A DNA stretch of 63,610 bases, counting the filler, from Chiloscyllium plagiosum (taxonomy: Eukaryota), in the NCBI RefSeq assembly GCF_004010195.1. It is 4 parts of one record of this genome, joined end to end, with 100 filler letters (N's around TTAATTAATTAA, not from the genome) between each part and the next. Parts side by side here need not be neighbours in the genome. Positions count along the whole stretch, not along the records: positions 42,995 to 55,905 come from NC_057713.1; positions 56,006 to 63,610 come from NC_057713.1; 2 more parts are not named here. The stretch is one strand, 5' to 3'. Both the position numbers and the translations under genes were made by a program. Below the pieces are notes generated by a model, which did not search any database, was not told where the DNA came from, and saw nothing but the letters and a program-made list of their open reading frames with translations. Shown in pieces: positions 49,150 to 61,700 of the stretch (within the stretch, counting starts at the first letter, position 1; each line of letters opens with the position of its first letter).

Positions 49150-49830
49150 GTTCGGAAGGATCGTGCTGATGGTGGGCAGGGAGCCTAGAAGTAATTGTCA
49201 TAATTTAAGGATGAGGGGTAAACCTTTTAGGGTTGAGATGAGGAGAAATGTCCACACCTGGAGAGTGGAGAGCCGAAAGAAGTCCCACTTCGACTGGGAC
49301 AACACCTCCATCCTAGGACAAGCCAAACAGAGACACGCACGAGAATTCATAGAAGTATGGCATTCCAACCGGAATTCTATCAATAAGCACATCAACTTAG
49401 ACCCCATTTACCACCCTCTGAGAAAAAGAATAAGAAATTATATCACCACAGGAAATGACATCACCAACTCAAGGAAACCTAAACACATAAATAGGGAGCA
49501 GGTCACTTACTCCAGCACTTCACTGAAGGCTTAATGATGGTGTTACCTAATATGGTGACAAAACATCTGAACATGAACCTTCCAGCTCAGCGAGCAAGCC
49601 TATATCCAGAACCGATGGAATTCTCTACCACAAGAAGTGGTTGAGGCCAAAGCATGACGTGGTTTCAAGAATGAGGTCGATATAGCTCGCGTGGCTAAAG
49701 AGATCAAGGGATAGGGGGAGGACAGGAGTAGGATATTGAACTTGAAGATCAGCCATGATCATATTGAATGGTAAGGCAGACTAGAGGGGTTGAATGGCCT
49801 ACTCCTGCTCCTATCTTCAACATTTCTATT
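49150..49830 (+). mobile_element. CR1 3' end interrupted by a Penelope 3' fragment (about 49283-49610)
   Basis: HFDWDNTSILGQAKQRHAREFIEVWH inside CR1 ORF2 C-terminal sequence. Confidence 0.85.
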
Positions 49831-51269
49831 CTAATTTCAATTGGTAACATCTTATGCCCTCCCCCTCCCTTTTTGTCAACATATTAAAGGTGCTATATAA
49901 ATATACATTTTTATTTCAGACAAAATGATTTACAATCCAGTGCTGAAGATCACTGGAATGCAATTTGCTCTTATCTTATAGAGTAATAGAGATGGACAAC
50001 AGGGAAACAGACCCTTCGGTCCTACTCGTCCATGCCGACCAGATATCCCAACCCAATCTAGTCCCACCTGCCAGCACTTGGCCCATATCCCTCCAAACCC
50101 TTCCTATTCATATACCCATCCAGATGCCTTTTAAATGTTGCAATTGTACCAGACTCCACCACTTCCTCTGGTAGCCCATTCCACACACTCACCACCCTCT
50201 GCGTGAAAACGTTGCCCCATAGGTCTCTTTTATATCTTTCCCATCTCACCCTAAACCTATGCCTCTAGTTCTGGACTCCACGACCCCAGGGAAAAGAATT
50301 TGTCTATCTATCCTACCCATGCTCCTCATGATTTTATAAACCTCTATAAGGTCACCCCTCAGCCTCCGACACTCCAGGGAAAACAGCCCCAGCCTATTCA
50401 GCCTCTCCCTGTAGCTCAGATCCTCCAACCCTGGCAACATCCTTTTAAATCTTTTCTGAACCCTTTCAAGTTTCACAACATTTTTCCGATAGGAAGGAGA
50501 CCAGAATTGCACACAGTATTCCAAAAATGGACTAACCAACATCCTGTACAGCCCCAACATGACCCCCCAACCCCTGTACTCAATACTCTGACCAATAAAG
50601 GAAAGCATACCAAATGCCTTTTTCACTATCCAACCATCTGTGACTCCACTTTCAAGGAGCTATGAACTTGCACTCCAAGGTCTTTTTGTTCAGCAACACT
50701 CCCTAGGACCTTACCATTAAGTGTATAAGTCCTGCTAAGGTTTGCTTTCCCAAAATGCAGCACCTCACATTTATCTGAATTAAACTCCATCTGCCACTTC
50801 TCAGCCCATTGGCCCATCTGGTCAAGATCCTGTTGTAATCTGATGTAACCCTCTTCGCAGTCCACTACACCTCCAATTTTGGTGTCATCTGCAAACTTAC
50901 TAACTGTACCTCTTATGCTCACATCCAAATCATTTATGTAAATGACAAAAAGTAGTGGACCCAGCACGGATCCTTGTGGCACTTCACTGGTCACAGGCCT
51001 CCAGTCTGAAAAACATCCCTCCACCACCACCCTCTGTCTTCTACCTTTGAGCCAGTTCTGTATCCAAATGGCTAGTTCTCCCTGTATTCCGTGAGATCTA
51101 ATCTGGCTAACACCTTACTGAAGTCTATATAGATCACGTCCACCACTCTGCCCTCATCAATGCTCTTTGTTACTTCTTCAAAAAACTCAATCAAGTTTGT
51201 GAGACATGACTTCCAATGTACAAAGTCATGTTGACTATCCCTAATCAGCCCTTGCCTTTCCAAATACAT

Positions 51270-51641
51270 TCTGGATTAGTGGTGCTGGAAGTGCACAGCA
51301 GTTCAGGCAGCATCCAAGGAGCAGCGAAATCGACGTTTCGGGCAAAAGCCCTTCATCAGGAATAAAGGCAGAGAGCCNNNNNNNNNNNNNNNNNNNNNNN
51401 NNNNNNNNNNNNNNNNNNNNNNNNNNNNACTTCTTCAAGGCAGGCATCCTTGCAAGAGGATTCGCAGTAGGGTTATAATCAACTTGGTAAAAACAACGAC
51501 TGCAGATGCTGGAAACCAGATTCTGGATTAGTGGTGCTGGAAGATCACAGCAGTTCAGGCAGCATCCAAGGAGCAGCGAAATCGATGTTTCGGGCAAAAG
51601 CCCTTCATCAGGAATAAAGGCAGTGAGCCTGAAGCGTGGAG
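51270..51641 (-). mobile_element. Tandem PLE pLTR insertion (family A variant) with two hammerhead cores
   Basis: TSD AATACAT at 51263-51269 and 51642-51648; cores at 51331-51359 and 51583-51611; N gap at 51378-51428. Confidence 0.8.
51328..51363 (-). ncRNA. Minimal type I hammerhead ribozyme motif
   Basis: Minus strand AUUC-CUGAUGA-A-GGGC uuuu GCCC-GAAAC-GUC-GAUU. Confidence 0.75.
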
Positions 51642-52096
51642 AATACATGTACATCCTGTTCCTCAGGATTCCCTCCAACAACTTGCCCACCACCGTCATC
51701 AGGCTCACTGGTCTATAGTTCCCTGGCTTGTCCTTACCGCCCTTCTTAAACAGTGGCACCATGTTTGCCAACCTCCAGTCTTCCGGCACCTCACCTGTGA
51801 CTATCAATGATACAAATATCTCAGCAAGGAGCTCAGCAATCACTTCTCTAGCTTCCCACAGAGTTCTCGGGTACGCCTGATCAGGTCCTGGGGATTTATC
51901 TACTTTTGTGTGTTTCAAGACATCCAACACTTCCTCCTCTGTAATATAGACACTTTGCAAGATGTCACCATCTATTTCCCTACAGTCTATATCTTCCATA
52001 TCCTTTTCCACAGTAAACACTGATGCAAAATATTCATTTAGCGTTTCCCCCATCTCCTGTGACTCCACACAAAGGCCGCCTTGTTGATCTTTGAGG

Positions 52097-52281
52097 AGTA
52101 AAAACAATGACTGTGGATGCTGGAAACCAGATTCTGGATTCGTGGTGCTGGAAGAGCACAGCAGTTCAGGCAGCATCCGAGGAGCAGCAAAATCGACGTT
52201 TCGGGCAAAAGCCCTTCCTGATGAAGGGCTTTTGCCCGAAACGTCGATTTTGCTGCTCGTCAGATGCTGCCTGAATTGCTG
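52097..52281. mobile_element. Palindromic PLE pLTR insertion (family A variant)
   Basis: TSD TGATCTTTGAGG at 52085-52096 and 52282-52293; arms invert at about 52218. Confidence 0.88.
52215..52248 (+). ncRNA. Minimal type I hammerhead ribozyme motif
   Basis: UUC-CUGAUGA-A-GGGC uuuu GCCC-GAAAC-GUC-GAU. Confidence 0.7.
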
Positions 52282-52611
52282 TGATCTTTGAGGGGCCCTA
52301 ATCTCTCCCTCGTTACCCTTTTGTCCTTAATGTATGTGTAAAAACCCTTTGGATTCTCCTTAATTCTATTTGCCAAAGCTATCTCATGTACCCTTTGTGC
52401 CTCCTGATTTCCCTCTTAAGCATACTCCTACTGCCTTTATACTCTTCGAAGGATTCACTCGATCTATCCTGTCCTATACTTGACATATGCTTCCTTCTTT
52501 TTCTTAAACATTCCCTCAATTTATCTAGTCATCCAGCCTTCCCCACACCTACCAGCCTTCCCTTTCAGCCTAACAGGAATATACTTTCTCTGGACTCTCG
52601 TTATCTTATTT

Positions 52612-52892
52612 TAGATTAGTGTTGAAACAGGCCCTTTGGCCCAACAAGTCCACACCGACCCTTGGAAGAGTAACCCACCCAGACCCATTTCCCTCCGACT
52701 AATGCACCTAACTTATGCGCAATTTAGCATGGCCAATTCACCTGACCCTGCACATCTTTGGAATGTGGGAGGAAACCCACACAGTCATGGGGAGAATGTG
52801 CAAACTCCTCCCAGACAGTTGCCCGAGGCTGGAATCGAACCTGGGACCCTGGTGCTATGAGGCAGCAGTGCTAACCACTGAGCAACCGTGCT
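52612..52892 (-). mobile_element. HE1-like V-SINE inserted in CR1
   Basis: Reverse complement of head and V-domain; flanks CTTATTT/CTCATTT. Confidence 0.88.
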
Positions 52893-54104
52893 GCTCATTT
52901 CTGAAGGCTTCCCATTTTCCAGCCGTCTCTACACTGCGAACATCTGGCCCCAATCAGGTTTTGAAAGTTCTTGCCTAATACCGTCAAAATTAGCCTTCCT
53001 CCAATTTAGAACTTCAACTTTTAGATCTGGTCTCTCCTTTTCCATCACTATTTTAAATCTAATAGAGTTAAGGTCACTGACCCCAAAGTGCTCCCTCACT
53101 GACATCTCAGTCACCTGCCCTCATTTCCCAAGAGCAGGTCAAGTTTTGCACCTTCTCTAGTAAGTACATCCATATTCTGAATCAGTCTTGCGCATTTATT
53201 TGCATCTCTGTTTGGGTCCAGTTCTGTCACTTTAAGGTACCAAGGTAAAATTTAGTTGTTTAAAGGGTATGGGAATGAAGCAGAGATTAGCACCAGGTAT
53301 TGATGCTCAGTTGAAGAACTGCTAGTGCAGGCAAGATGGGCTGAATGGCCTTCATTGGCGCTCTAAGAATTCTACGAGTCTGTAATATTAAACTGCATGT
53401 TACTGCTTGACAATTCTATCTTCAGGCTGGAGAGATGCCAGTGAATTGAAAGCAGTTTATGAGATGAGATGCATGTTTCATTTTTGCCTAATTAAGACTC
53501 TGTAACCTGTGTAAATAAATGTTTCTGAAGATTAGTCAGCCTACCCGTCTGTTGCTCTCAGCTAAAAAATTAATAATGTCTTTGAACAAATAAATCTACT
53601 CCCTCATAAAGTCAGAAATTATATTCACACCGGAGCTTGTCATGACAAGGTAATTCATGCACAGCAAGATCCCACAATGATCAATGACCACTCGATAGTT
53701 TTTTTTGTGATGTCGTTTGAAGGATATAGATTGACCGCTCAAGTGCTGTCAAGGCATTTTTGGTGTTCATTTCTTTTTGCCAATCTTTCATGGGCTGTGG
53801 GAATCACTGGGGGCAGGGTCAGCATTTGATGTCCATCCCTAATTGTCTCTTGAACTGAACACTGGCTTGGTCCATTTCAGAGGGTAATGAAGAGTCAACC
53901 GCATCACTGTGGGTCTGGAGTCACATATAGGCCAAACTAGGTAAGGACGGCAGGACATCGGTGAACCCAAAGGGGTTTTTAGTAACAACAAGAAGATATC
54001 TTTAGCTTCGCAGAGTCCATCATTGAGATACCACCGGATGTCACCATGGGGACTTGAACCAATAACCTGTGTGTATCAGCTGGGGTTACCAGCCGAGAAC
54101 ATTA

Positions 54105-54525
54105 TTTCTATGCACAGCCCAGACCATCAGGGAAGCCAACCTTCCTTCCATAGACTCCATTCACACGGCTATGGAAAGGCTGTCAACATCATCAAAGGCC
54201 CCTCCCACCCCGGCAATGCTTTCCAACAACCCCTTCCGTCAGGCAGAAGATACAGAAGCTTGAACACACGCATCAGCAGGTTCAGGAACAGCTTCTTTCC
54301 GACTGTTATGAGACTGATGAATGGACTCTCTAGCCTCAAATAATGCTCCTCTTGCCAATGTTGATCTCACCCACGCCCTGTGCAATGTAACCTGCATGCC
54401 TCTGTCTTAAGTCTCTCTGACCTGCACATCCTTGCTAACTATGATCTGTCTGTACTGCTCGTAAACAAAGCTTTTCACTGTACTTCGGTACATGTGACAG
54501 TAAATCAATCAAATCAAATCAAATC
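54105..54525 (+). mobile_element. Rex1/Babar-like LINE 3' end (a minus-strand tail of the same type lies at ~11025-11150)
   Basis: IIK.PSHPG...QPLPSGRRYRSL.TR.SRFRNSFFP motif and (AAATC)n tail. Confidence 0.75.
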
Positions 54526-55337
54526 ATGGGAAGGGCGAGTCCGTGTTTTATCATTTTGTGGGAAAATGAAGCGCTATTCAGTCTGTTGGTGTTCATTTCA
54601 AGGGGCATCGAGCACAAGAGTAAAAAGGGAAAGTTGCCATAGTTCTAGCAGCCTATAGGGTTGCTCTCTCATCACAAAGAGGGTCATCACAGAGATTGTG
54701 TAGGAGGGTTCTTTATGACAACCTCAGCTGGTAGCAGGAACTGAACCCATGTTTGTTGGCATCACTATGTGTCACAAACCAACTGAGTTAACCAACCACC
54801 CACAGAGGTGAAGACATCTCACTGAAGTTATATTGAACCTTGGTGAGGCCACTCCGGGAGAACTGTGGACAGTTTTCACCCCTGTTGCTAAGGAAGGATA
54901 TCATGGCCATGGTAGGATGGATCATTAAGGCTCAGATGGAGAGGATTTTTAATCAGTAACTCTCAAGGGTTATGGGGAAAGAGCAGGAAAGTGGAGTTGA
55001 GGATTGTCAGATCAGTCACGATCTCACTGAATGGCAGAGCAGAGTCGATGGGCTGAATGGCCTACTGCTACTTCTACATCTTATTATCCTACAGTTTTTA
55101 GAGATATAGCAAAAATTCACCAGACTAATCCCTGGGATCGTGGGCTTGGTTTATGAGGAGAGATTGTGAAGATTGGGTCAGTATTCTCTAGCGTTTTCAA
55201 GGAATGAGAGGTGAGCTTCATAGAAATTCACAAAATTCTTACATGATGGATAGAGATCAGCTGCTTTCCCCAAGCTGGTGACTTCAGAACTAGGGAACAT
55301 AATGTCAAGATGAAGGGACAGGTCATTTGAGACTGAA

Positions 55338-55905
55338 ATGGGTGGAACTGTTGGTAAAAAGACCCTCTTGGGAGTCATCTACAGGCCCCCAAACAGTAGT
55401 CTGGATGTCGGATGTAAGTTAAATCAGGAGCTGAAATTGGCCTGTCGCAAAGATGTCACTACAGTTGTTATGGGGGATTTTAACATGCAGGTGGACTGGG
55501 AGAATCAGGATGGTATTGGACCTCAAGAAAGAGACTTTGTGGAGTGCCTCAGAGATGGATTCTTAGAGCAGCTGGTGCTGGAGAAGGCAATTCTGGATCT
55601 GGTATTGTGTAACGAACCAGAATTAGTCAGAGACCTCGAAGTGAAGGAGCCATTGGGAAGTAGTGACCATAATACAATAAGCTTCAATCTGCAATTTAAG
55701 AGGGAGAGGGTACTGTCGGAAGTGACAGTACTTCTGTTGAATAAAGGGAATTATGGAGCTATGAGGGAGGAGCTGGACAAAGTTCAATGGTGCAATATAC
55801 AGCAGGGATGACCGTGGAGGAACAATGGCGGATATTACTGTGTATAATGCAGAAGTTGCAGGACCAGTTCATTCCTAAAAGGAAGAAAGATCCCAAGAGG
55901 AGGCA
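55338..55905 (+). mobile_element. CR1 ORF2 AP-endonuclease fragment (open frame)
   Basis: LGVIYRPPNS, VMGDFN, ILDLVL and GSSDHN motifs. Confidence 0.92.
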
Positions 55906-56005
55906 NNNNNNNNNNNNNNNNNNNNNNNNNNNNNNNNNNNNNNNNNNNNTTAATTAATTAANNNNNNNNNNNNNNNNNNNNNNNNNNNNNNNNNNNNNNN
56001 NNNNN

Positions 56006-56820
56006 CCCTCTTCCTACCTATGTCGTTGGTGCCAATGTGCACCATGACTTCTGGCTCCACCCCTTAAGGATTCTGAAGACACGGTCCGAGACGTCTCGGA
56101 CCCTGGCACCCGGGAGGCAACAAACCATCCGAGAGTCTTGCCCCTGTCCACAGAATCACCTGTCCGTCCCTCTAACTAGAGAGTCTCCTATAACTAGCGC
56201 TCTCCTCCTCTCCCCCTTTCCCTTCTGAGCCTCAGAGTCGGACCTCGTGCCAGAGACCCGGTCACTGCAGCTTACCCCTGCTAGGTCGTTCCCCCCCAAC
56301 AGTATCCAAAGCGGTATAGTTATTGTTGAGGGGAACGACCACAGGGGATCCCAGCACTGCCTGCTTCCTCCCCTTCCCACCTCTAACTGTTACCCAGCTA
56401 CCTCTGTTCTCTGGCGTAACTATGTCCCTGTAGCTTCTATCTATCACCCTCTCAGCCTCTCGAATAATTCTCAGTTCATCCAACTCCAGTTCCCTAACGC
56501 GATCTGTGAGGAGCTGGAGCTGGCTGCATTTCCTGCAGATGAAGTCGGCAGGAGTATCAGTGGTCATCTCTACCTCAAACATCCTGCAGGAGGAACATTC
56601 CACTGCCTGCGCTGCCATTACTCTACACTTAGTCTCCAAAGCAAGAACACTAAGTCGCTTACCTGGTCAACCTAACCTTGTTTTAGGTTAGAGGAGGAGG
56701 GAGGGTGGGAGACACTACACGTGTAGTGTCTCGGGTTCCTTATAACAATCACTTACCTTCCCGACCAGCTCTGCGCTCCGACTTCACTTCCGCCCAGCTC
56801 CCGCCTCGCTCTGCTCTTGA
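56006..56820 (-). mobile_element. CR1 5' UTR and ORF1 N-terminus
   Basis: VECSSCRM..FICRKC zinc finger, coiled coil RVRELELDELRIIRE and VIGDSLVRGTDR esterase start. Confidence 0.9.
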
Positions 56821-56904
56821 AAGATAAATGGTTACTGTTCAAAAAGGGTACACATCAAATTGAAAGGAATGCCAGAAACCAGCAGGAGAGTGGGTCAAAT
56901 CAGA

Positions 56905-57229
56905 TTGAATTACCTTCAGTACGGAAACAGGTCCTTTGACCCAACAAGTCCACACCGACCCTCCGAAGAGTAAACCACCCAGACGTATTCCGCTACCCTA
57001 GATTTACCGCTGACTAATGCACGTAACACTATGGGCAATTTAGTACGGTCAATTCACCTGACCTGCACATATTTGGACAGTGGGTGGAAACCAGAGCACC
57101 CGGAGGAAACCCACGCAGAGACGGGGAGAATGTGCAAACTCCACACAGAGAGTTGCCCGAGGTGGACTGAAATCCAGGTCCCTGGTGCCATGAGACAACA
57201 ATGCTAACCACTGAGCTACTGTGCCGTCC
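56905..57229 (-). mobile_element. HE1-like V-SINE
   Basis: Reverse complement of head, V-domain and tail. Confidence 0.88.
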
Positions 57230-58225
57230 CTTATTGCTCCCAGGTTACTGTCCTTGAGAGCCAAAGCGTGGCATAATTAGTTGAATGGCTTCCATTCTGT
57301 GCTGTAAGATTCGATGGAGGAATAATTAGGTTAATAGGATCATAGTTTGCCCAAAGTATTGCACGAAAGTTGCTATGGCTGTTCAAGCCTTGTGCACTCT
57401 CCAGCAGGGTCCTCACTCAGGGGTGAGTGCCACTTAAACCTGTTTAAAACCAACCCACACCCTTGGAAGGGGAACTGCAGCAGGCAGTGGGAATGGCTCA
57501 CCAAGTGTATCTGGAAAATGGCTGGAGGTGGGTGCTGCAGGGGTAGGAGAGAATGTTCTCTGACATTGTGCAGCGCAGCGCTGAAGGGTTTGGAGCAGGA
57601 GTGAGACACGGAGAGGGGAACCCTGTGGACCCCTCAGCCCTGGCTATTGCTGCTACGCCTCAAGGAGTCGAGTGCAGGTCAGTGGCGCCACATGAGTAGT
57701 CGAGGTCAGTGAGCCCCTTCTCAANNNNNNNNNNNNNNNNNNNNNNNNNNNNNNNNNNNNNNNNNNNNNNNNNNNNNNNNNNNNNNNNNNNNNNNNNNNN
57801 NNNNNNNNNNNNNNNNNNNNNNNNNNNNNNNNNNNNNNNNNNNNNNNNNNNNNNNNNNNNNNNNNNNNNNNNNNNNNNNNNNNNNNNNNNNNNNNNNNNN
57901 NNNNNNNNNNNNNNNNNNNNNNNNNNNNNNNNNNNNNNNNNNNNNNNNNNNNNNNNNNNNNNNNNNNNNNNNNNNNNNNNNNNNNNNNNNNNNNNNNNNN
58001 NNNNNNNNNNNNNNNNNNNNNNNNNNNNNNNNNNNNNNNNNNNNNNNNNNNNNNNNNNNNNNNNNNNNNNNNNNNNNNNNNNNNNNNNNNNNNNNNNNNN
58101 NNNNNNNNNNNNNNNNNNNNNNNNNNNNNNNNNNNNNNNNNNNNNNNNNNNNNNNNNNNNNNNNNNNNNNNNNNNNNNNNNNNNNNNNNNNNNNNNNNNN
58201 NNNNNNNNNNNNNNNNNNNNNNNNT

Positions 58226-58385
58226 GCCAGTAACAGTGGTGGACTCTCCCTCTTTATGGGCATTTAAGAGGGCATTGGATAGGTATATGGAGGATAGTGG
58301 GTTAGTGTAGTTTAGGTGGGCTTGGATCGGCGCAACATCGAGGGCCCAAGGGCCTGTACTGCGCTGTATTCTTCTATGTTCTATG
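58226..58385 (+). mobile_element. CR1 3' tail
   Basis: GCAACATCGAGGGCC.AAGGGCCTGTACTG..(TTCTATG)n. Confidence 0.8.
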
Positions 58386-58767
58386 AATATTGAATTGTGT
58401 GGTTACATTTAAGAAGCTATGACAGAATGGAGGAGTGTCTCTATTAATTAAAGGTGAAATTCGCACAAGAGACAGAGATCTAAATTCAGGAAACAGGTTT
58501 AATGAAACAATTTGGGTAAAGTTGAGGAATGATAAAGGCAAGATATCACTTTATCCATAATAGTAGCCCCATAATAGTAGCCGCATGGGCAGGGTATCAA
58601 GGAAAGAATAATTGTCAAAAAGTGTGGCAATTATCATGGGGCAGGGGGCTTAACTTACATAAAGTGAAAAACTCAAATGGGATAAAGTAGTCNNNNNNNN
58701 NNNNNNNNNNNNNNNNNNNNNNNNNNNNNNNNNNNNNNNNNNNNNNNNNNNNNNNNNNNNNNNNNNN

Positions 58768-61700
58768 TATATTCTGCAGTGTCCCTGAATCCCCATGTTT
58801 GCACTATATTCTGTGTAAATTTTGCAATGTCCCTGATTTCCCAAATGTTTTCTATATTCTGTGTACATTTTATAGTGTCCCTGAATCCCCATGTGTGAAC
58901 TACATTCTGGATATATTCTACAGTGTCCCTGAATCCCCATGTGTGCACTATATTCTGTGTATATTCTATAGTGTCCCTGAATCCCCATGTGTGCACTATA
59001 TACTGTGTACATTCCGCATTTGTGTGCACGATATTCTGTGTACATTCTATATTGTCCCTGAATCCCCATGTGTGCACTATATTCTGTGTATATTCTATAG
59101 TGTCTGTGAATCCCCATGCGTGCACTATATACTGTGTACATTCCGCATTTTGTTGGAATCACCATGTGTGCACGATATTCTGTGTACATTCTATAGTGTC
59201 CCTGAATCCCCATGTGTGCACTATATTCTGTGTAGATTCTGCAGTGTCCCTGAATCCCCATGTGTACACTATATACTGTGTACATTCTATCGTGACCCTG
59301 AATCCCCATGTGTGCACTATATTCTGTGTATATTCTGCAGTGTCCCTGAATCCCCATGTGTGTACTATATTCGGTGTACATTCTGCAGTGTGCTTGGAAC
59401 CCCAAGTGTGCGCTATATTCTGTGTACATTATGTAGTGTCCCTGAAACTCCATGTGTGCACTATATTCTGTGTAAATTATGCAGTGTCCATGAATCCCCA
59501 AGTGTGCACTATATTCTGTATAAATTCTGCAGTGTCCCTGCATCCTCTTGTGTGCACTATATTCTGTGTACATTCTATAGTGTCTCTGAATCCCCATGTG
59601 TGCTCTAAATTCTGTGTACATTCTGCAGTGTGCCTGAAAACCCATGTGTGCATTAAATTCTGTGTACATTCTATAGTGACCCTAGATCCCCATGTGTGCA
59701 CTATATTCTGTGTGCATTCTGCAGTGTCCCTAAATCCCCAGGTGTGCACTATATTCTGTGTACATTTTTCAATGTCCCTGAAACTCCATGTGTGCACTAT
59801 ATTCTGTGTAGATTCTATAGTGTCCCTGAATCCCCATGTGTGTACTATATTCTGTACATTCTGCAGTGTCCATGAATCCCAATGTGTGCACTTTATTCTT
59901 TGTACATTCAGCAGTGTGCCTAAAACCCCATGTGTGCACTATATTCTGTGTACATTATGTAGTGTCCCAGAAACTCAATGTGTGCACTATATTCTGTGTA
60001 AATAATGCAGTGTCCTTGAATCCCCATGTGGGCACTATATTCTGTATAGATACTGTAATTTCCCTGAATCCCCATGTGTGCACTATATTCTGTGTACATT
60101 CTGCAGTTTCCCTGAATCCTCTTGTGTGCACTATATTCTTTGTGCATTCTGCAGTGTCCCTGACTCCCCATATGTGAACTATATTGTGTGTACATTCTGC
60201 CGTGTCCGTGAATCCCCATATGTTCACTATATTCTGTATATATTCTGCAATGTCCCTGAATCCCCATGTGTACACTATAATCTGTGTATATTCTATAGTG
60301 TTCCTGAATCCCCATGTGTACACTATATACTGTGTACATTCCGCATTTTGTTGGAATCCCCATGTGTGCACTATATTCTGTGTAGATTCTGCAGTGTCCC
60401 TGAATCCCCATGTGTGTACTATATTCTGTGTAGATTCTGCAGTGTATATGAATCCCCATGTCTGTACTATATTCTGTGTGCATTCTGCAGTGTATATGAA
60501 TCCCCATGTGTGCACTATATTCTGTGTACATTCTGCAGTTTCCCTGAAACTCCATGTGTACACTATATTCTGTGTACATTCTGCAGTGTTCCTGAATCCC
60601 CATGTTTGCACTATATTCTGTGTACATTCTAAAGTGTCTCTGAATCCCCGTGTGTGCACTACATTCTGTATATATTCTGTAGTGTCCTTGAATCCCCATT
60701 TGTGCACTATATACTGTGTACATTCCGCATTTTTTTGGAATCCCCACATGTGCACTATATTCTGTGTGCATTAGGCAGTGCCCTTGAATCTCCAAGCGTG
60801 CACTATACTCTGTGTACATTATATAGTGTCCCCAAATCCCCATGTGTGCGCTGTATTCTGTGCACCCCATCTGCAGTGTCCCTAATTCCCCATGTGTGTA
60901 CTATATTCTGTGTACATTATGCAATGTCCCTGAAACTCCATGTGTGCACTATATTCTGTGTCCATTCTATAGTGACCCTGAATCCCCATGTGTGCACTAT
61001 ATTCTGTGTAGATTCTGCAGTGTCCCTGAATCCCCATATGTGTACTATATTCTGTACATTCTGCAGTGTCCATGAATCCCAATGTGTGCACTATATTCTG
61101 TGTACATTCAGCAGTGTGCCTGAAACTCCATGTGTGCACTATATTCTGTGTACATTCTGCAGTGTCCCAGAAACTCAATGTGTGCACTATATTCTGTGTA
61201 CATTCTGCAGTGTCCTTGAGTCCCCATGTGTGCACTATATTCTGTGTACATTCAGCAGTGTCCCTGAATCCACTTGTGTGCACTATATTCTTTGTGCATT
61301 CTGCAGTGTCCCTGAATCCCCATATGTGAACTATATTGTGTGCACATTCTGCCGTGTCCGTGAATCCCCATATGTTCACTATATTCTGTATATATTCTGC
61401 AATGTCCCTGAATCCCCATGTGTACACTATATTCTGTGTATATTCTATAGTGTCCCTGAATCCCCATGTGTGCACTATATTCTGTGTAGATTCTGCAGTG
61501 TCCCTGAATCCCCATGTGTTTACTATATTCTGTGTACATTCTGCAGTGTATATGAATCCCCATGTGTGCACTATATTCTGTGTACATTCTGCAGTGTGCC
61601 TGAAACCCCATGTTTGCACTATATTCTGTGTACATTCTAAAGTGTCTCTGAATCCCCGTGTGTGCACTACATTCTGTATATATTCTATAGTGTCCTTGAA

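Larger units (their letters stand above)
49975..53185 (-). mobile_element. CR1 (HER1-like) LINE, most of ORF2, with three nested insertions
   Basis: SDLNSIRF, KSPGPD, NYRPVSL, SCLTNLIEFFEEVT, VPQGSVLGP, FADDTK and RRLRGDLIEVYK occur in the expected order. Confidence 0.95.

Noticed and set aside
251..52293. Apparent targeting of family A PLE insertions to CR1 sequence
   Set aside because: CR1 covers much of the window and the TSDs share no clear consensus, so a preference cannot be claimed from about nine insertions.
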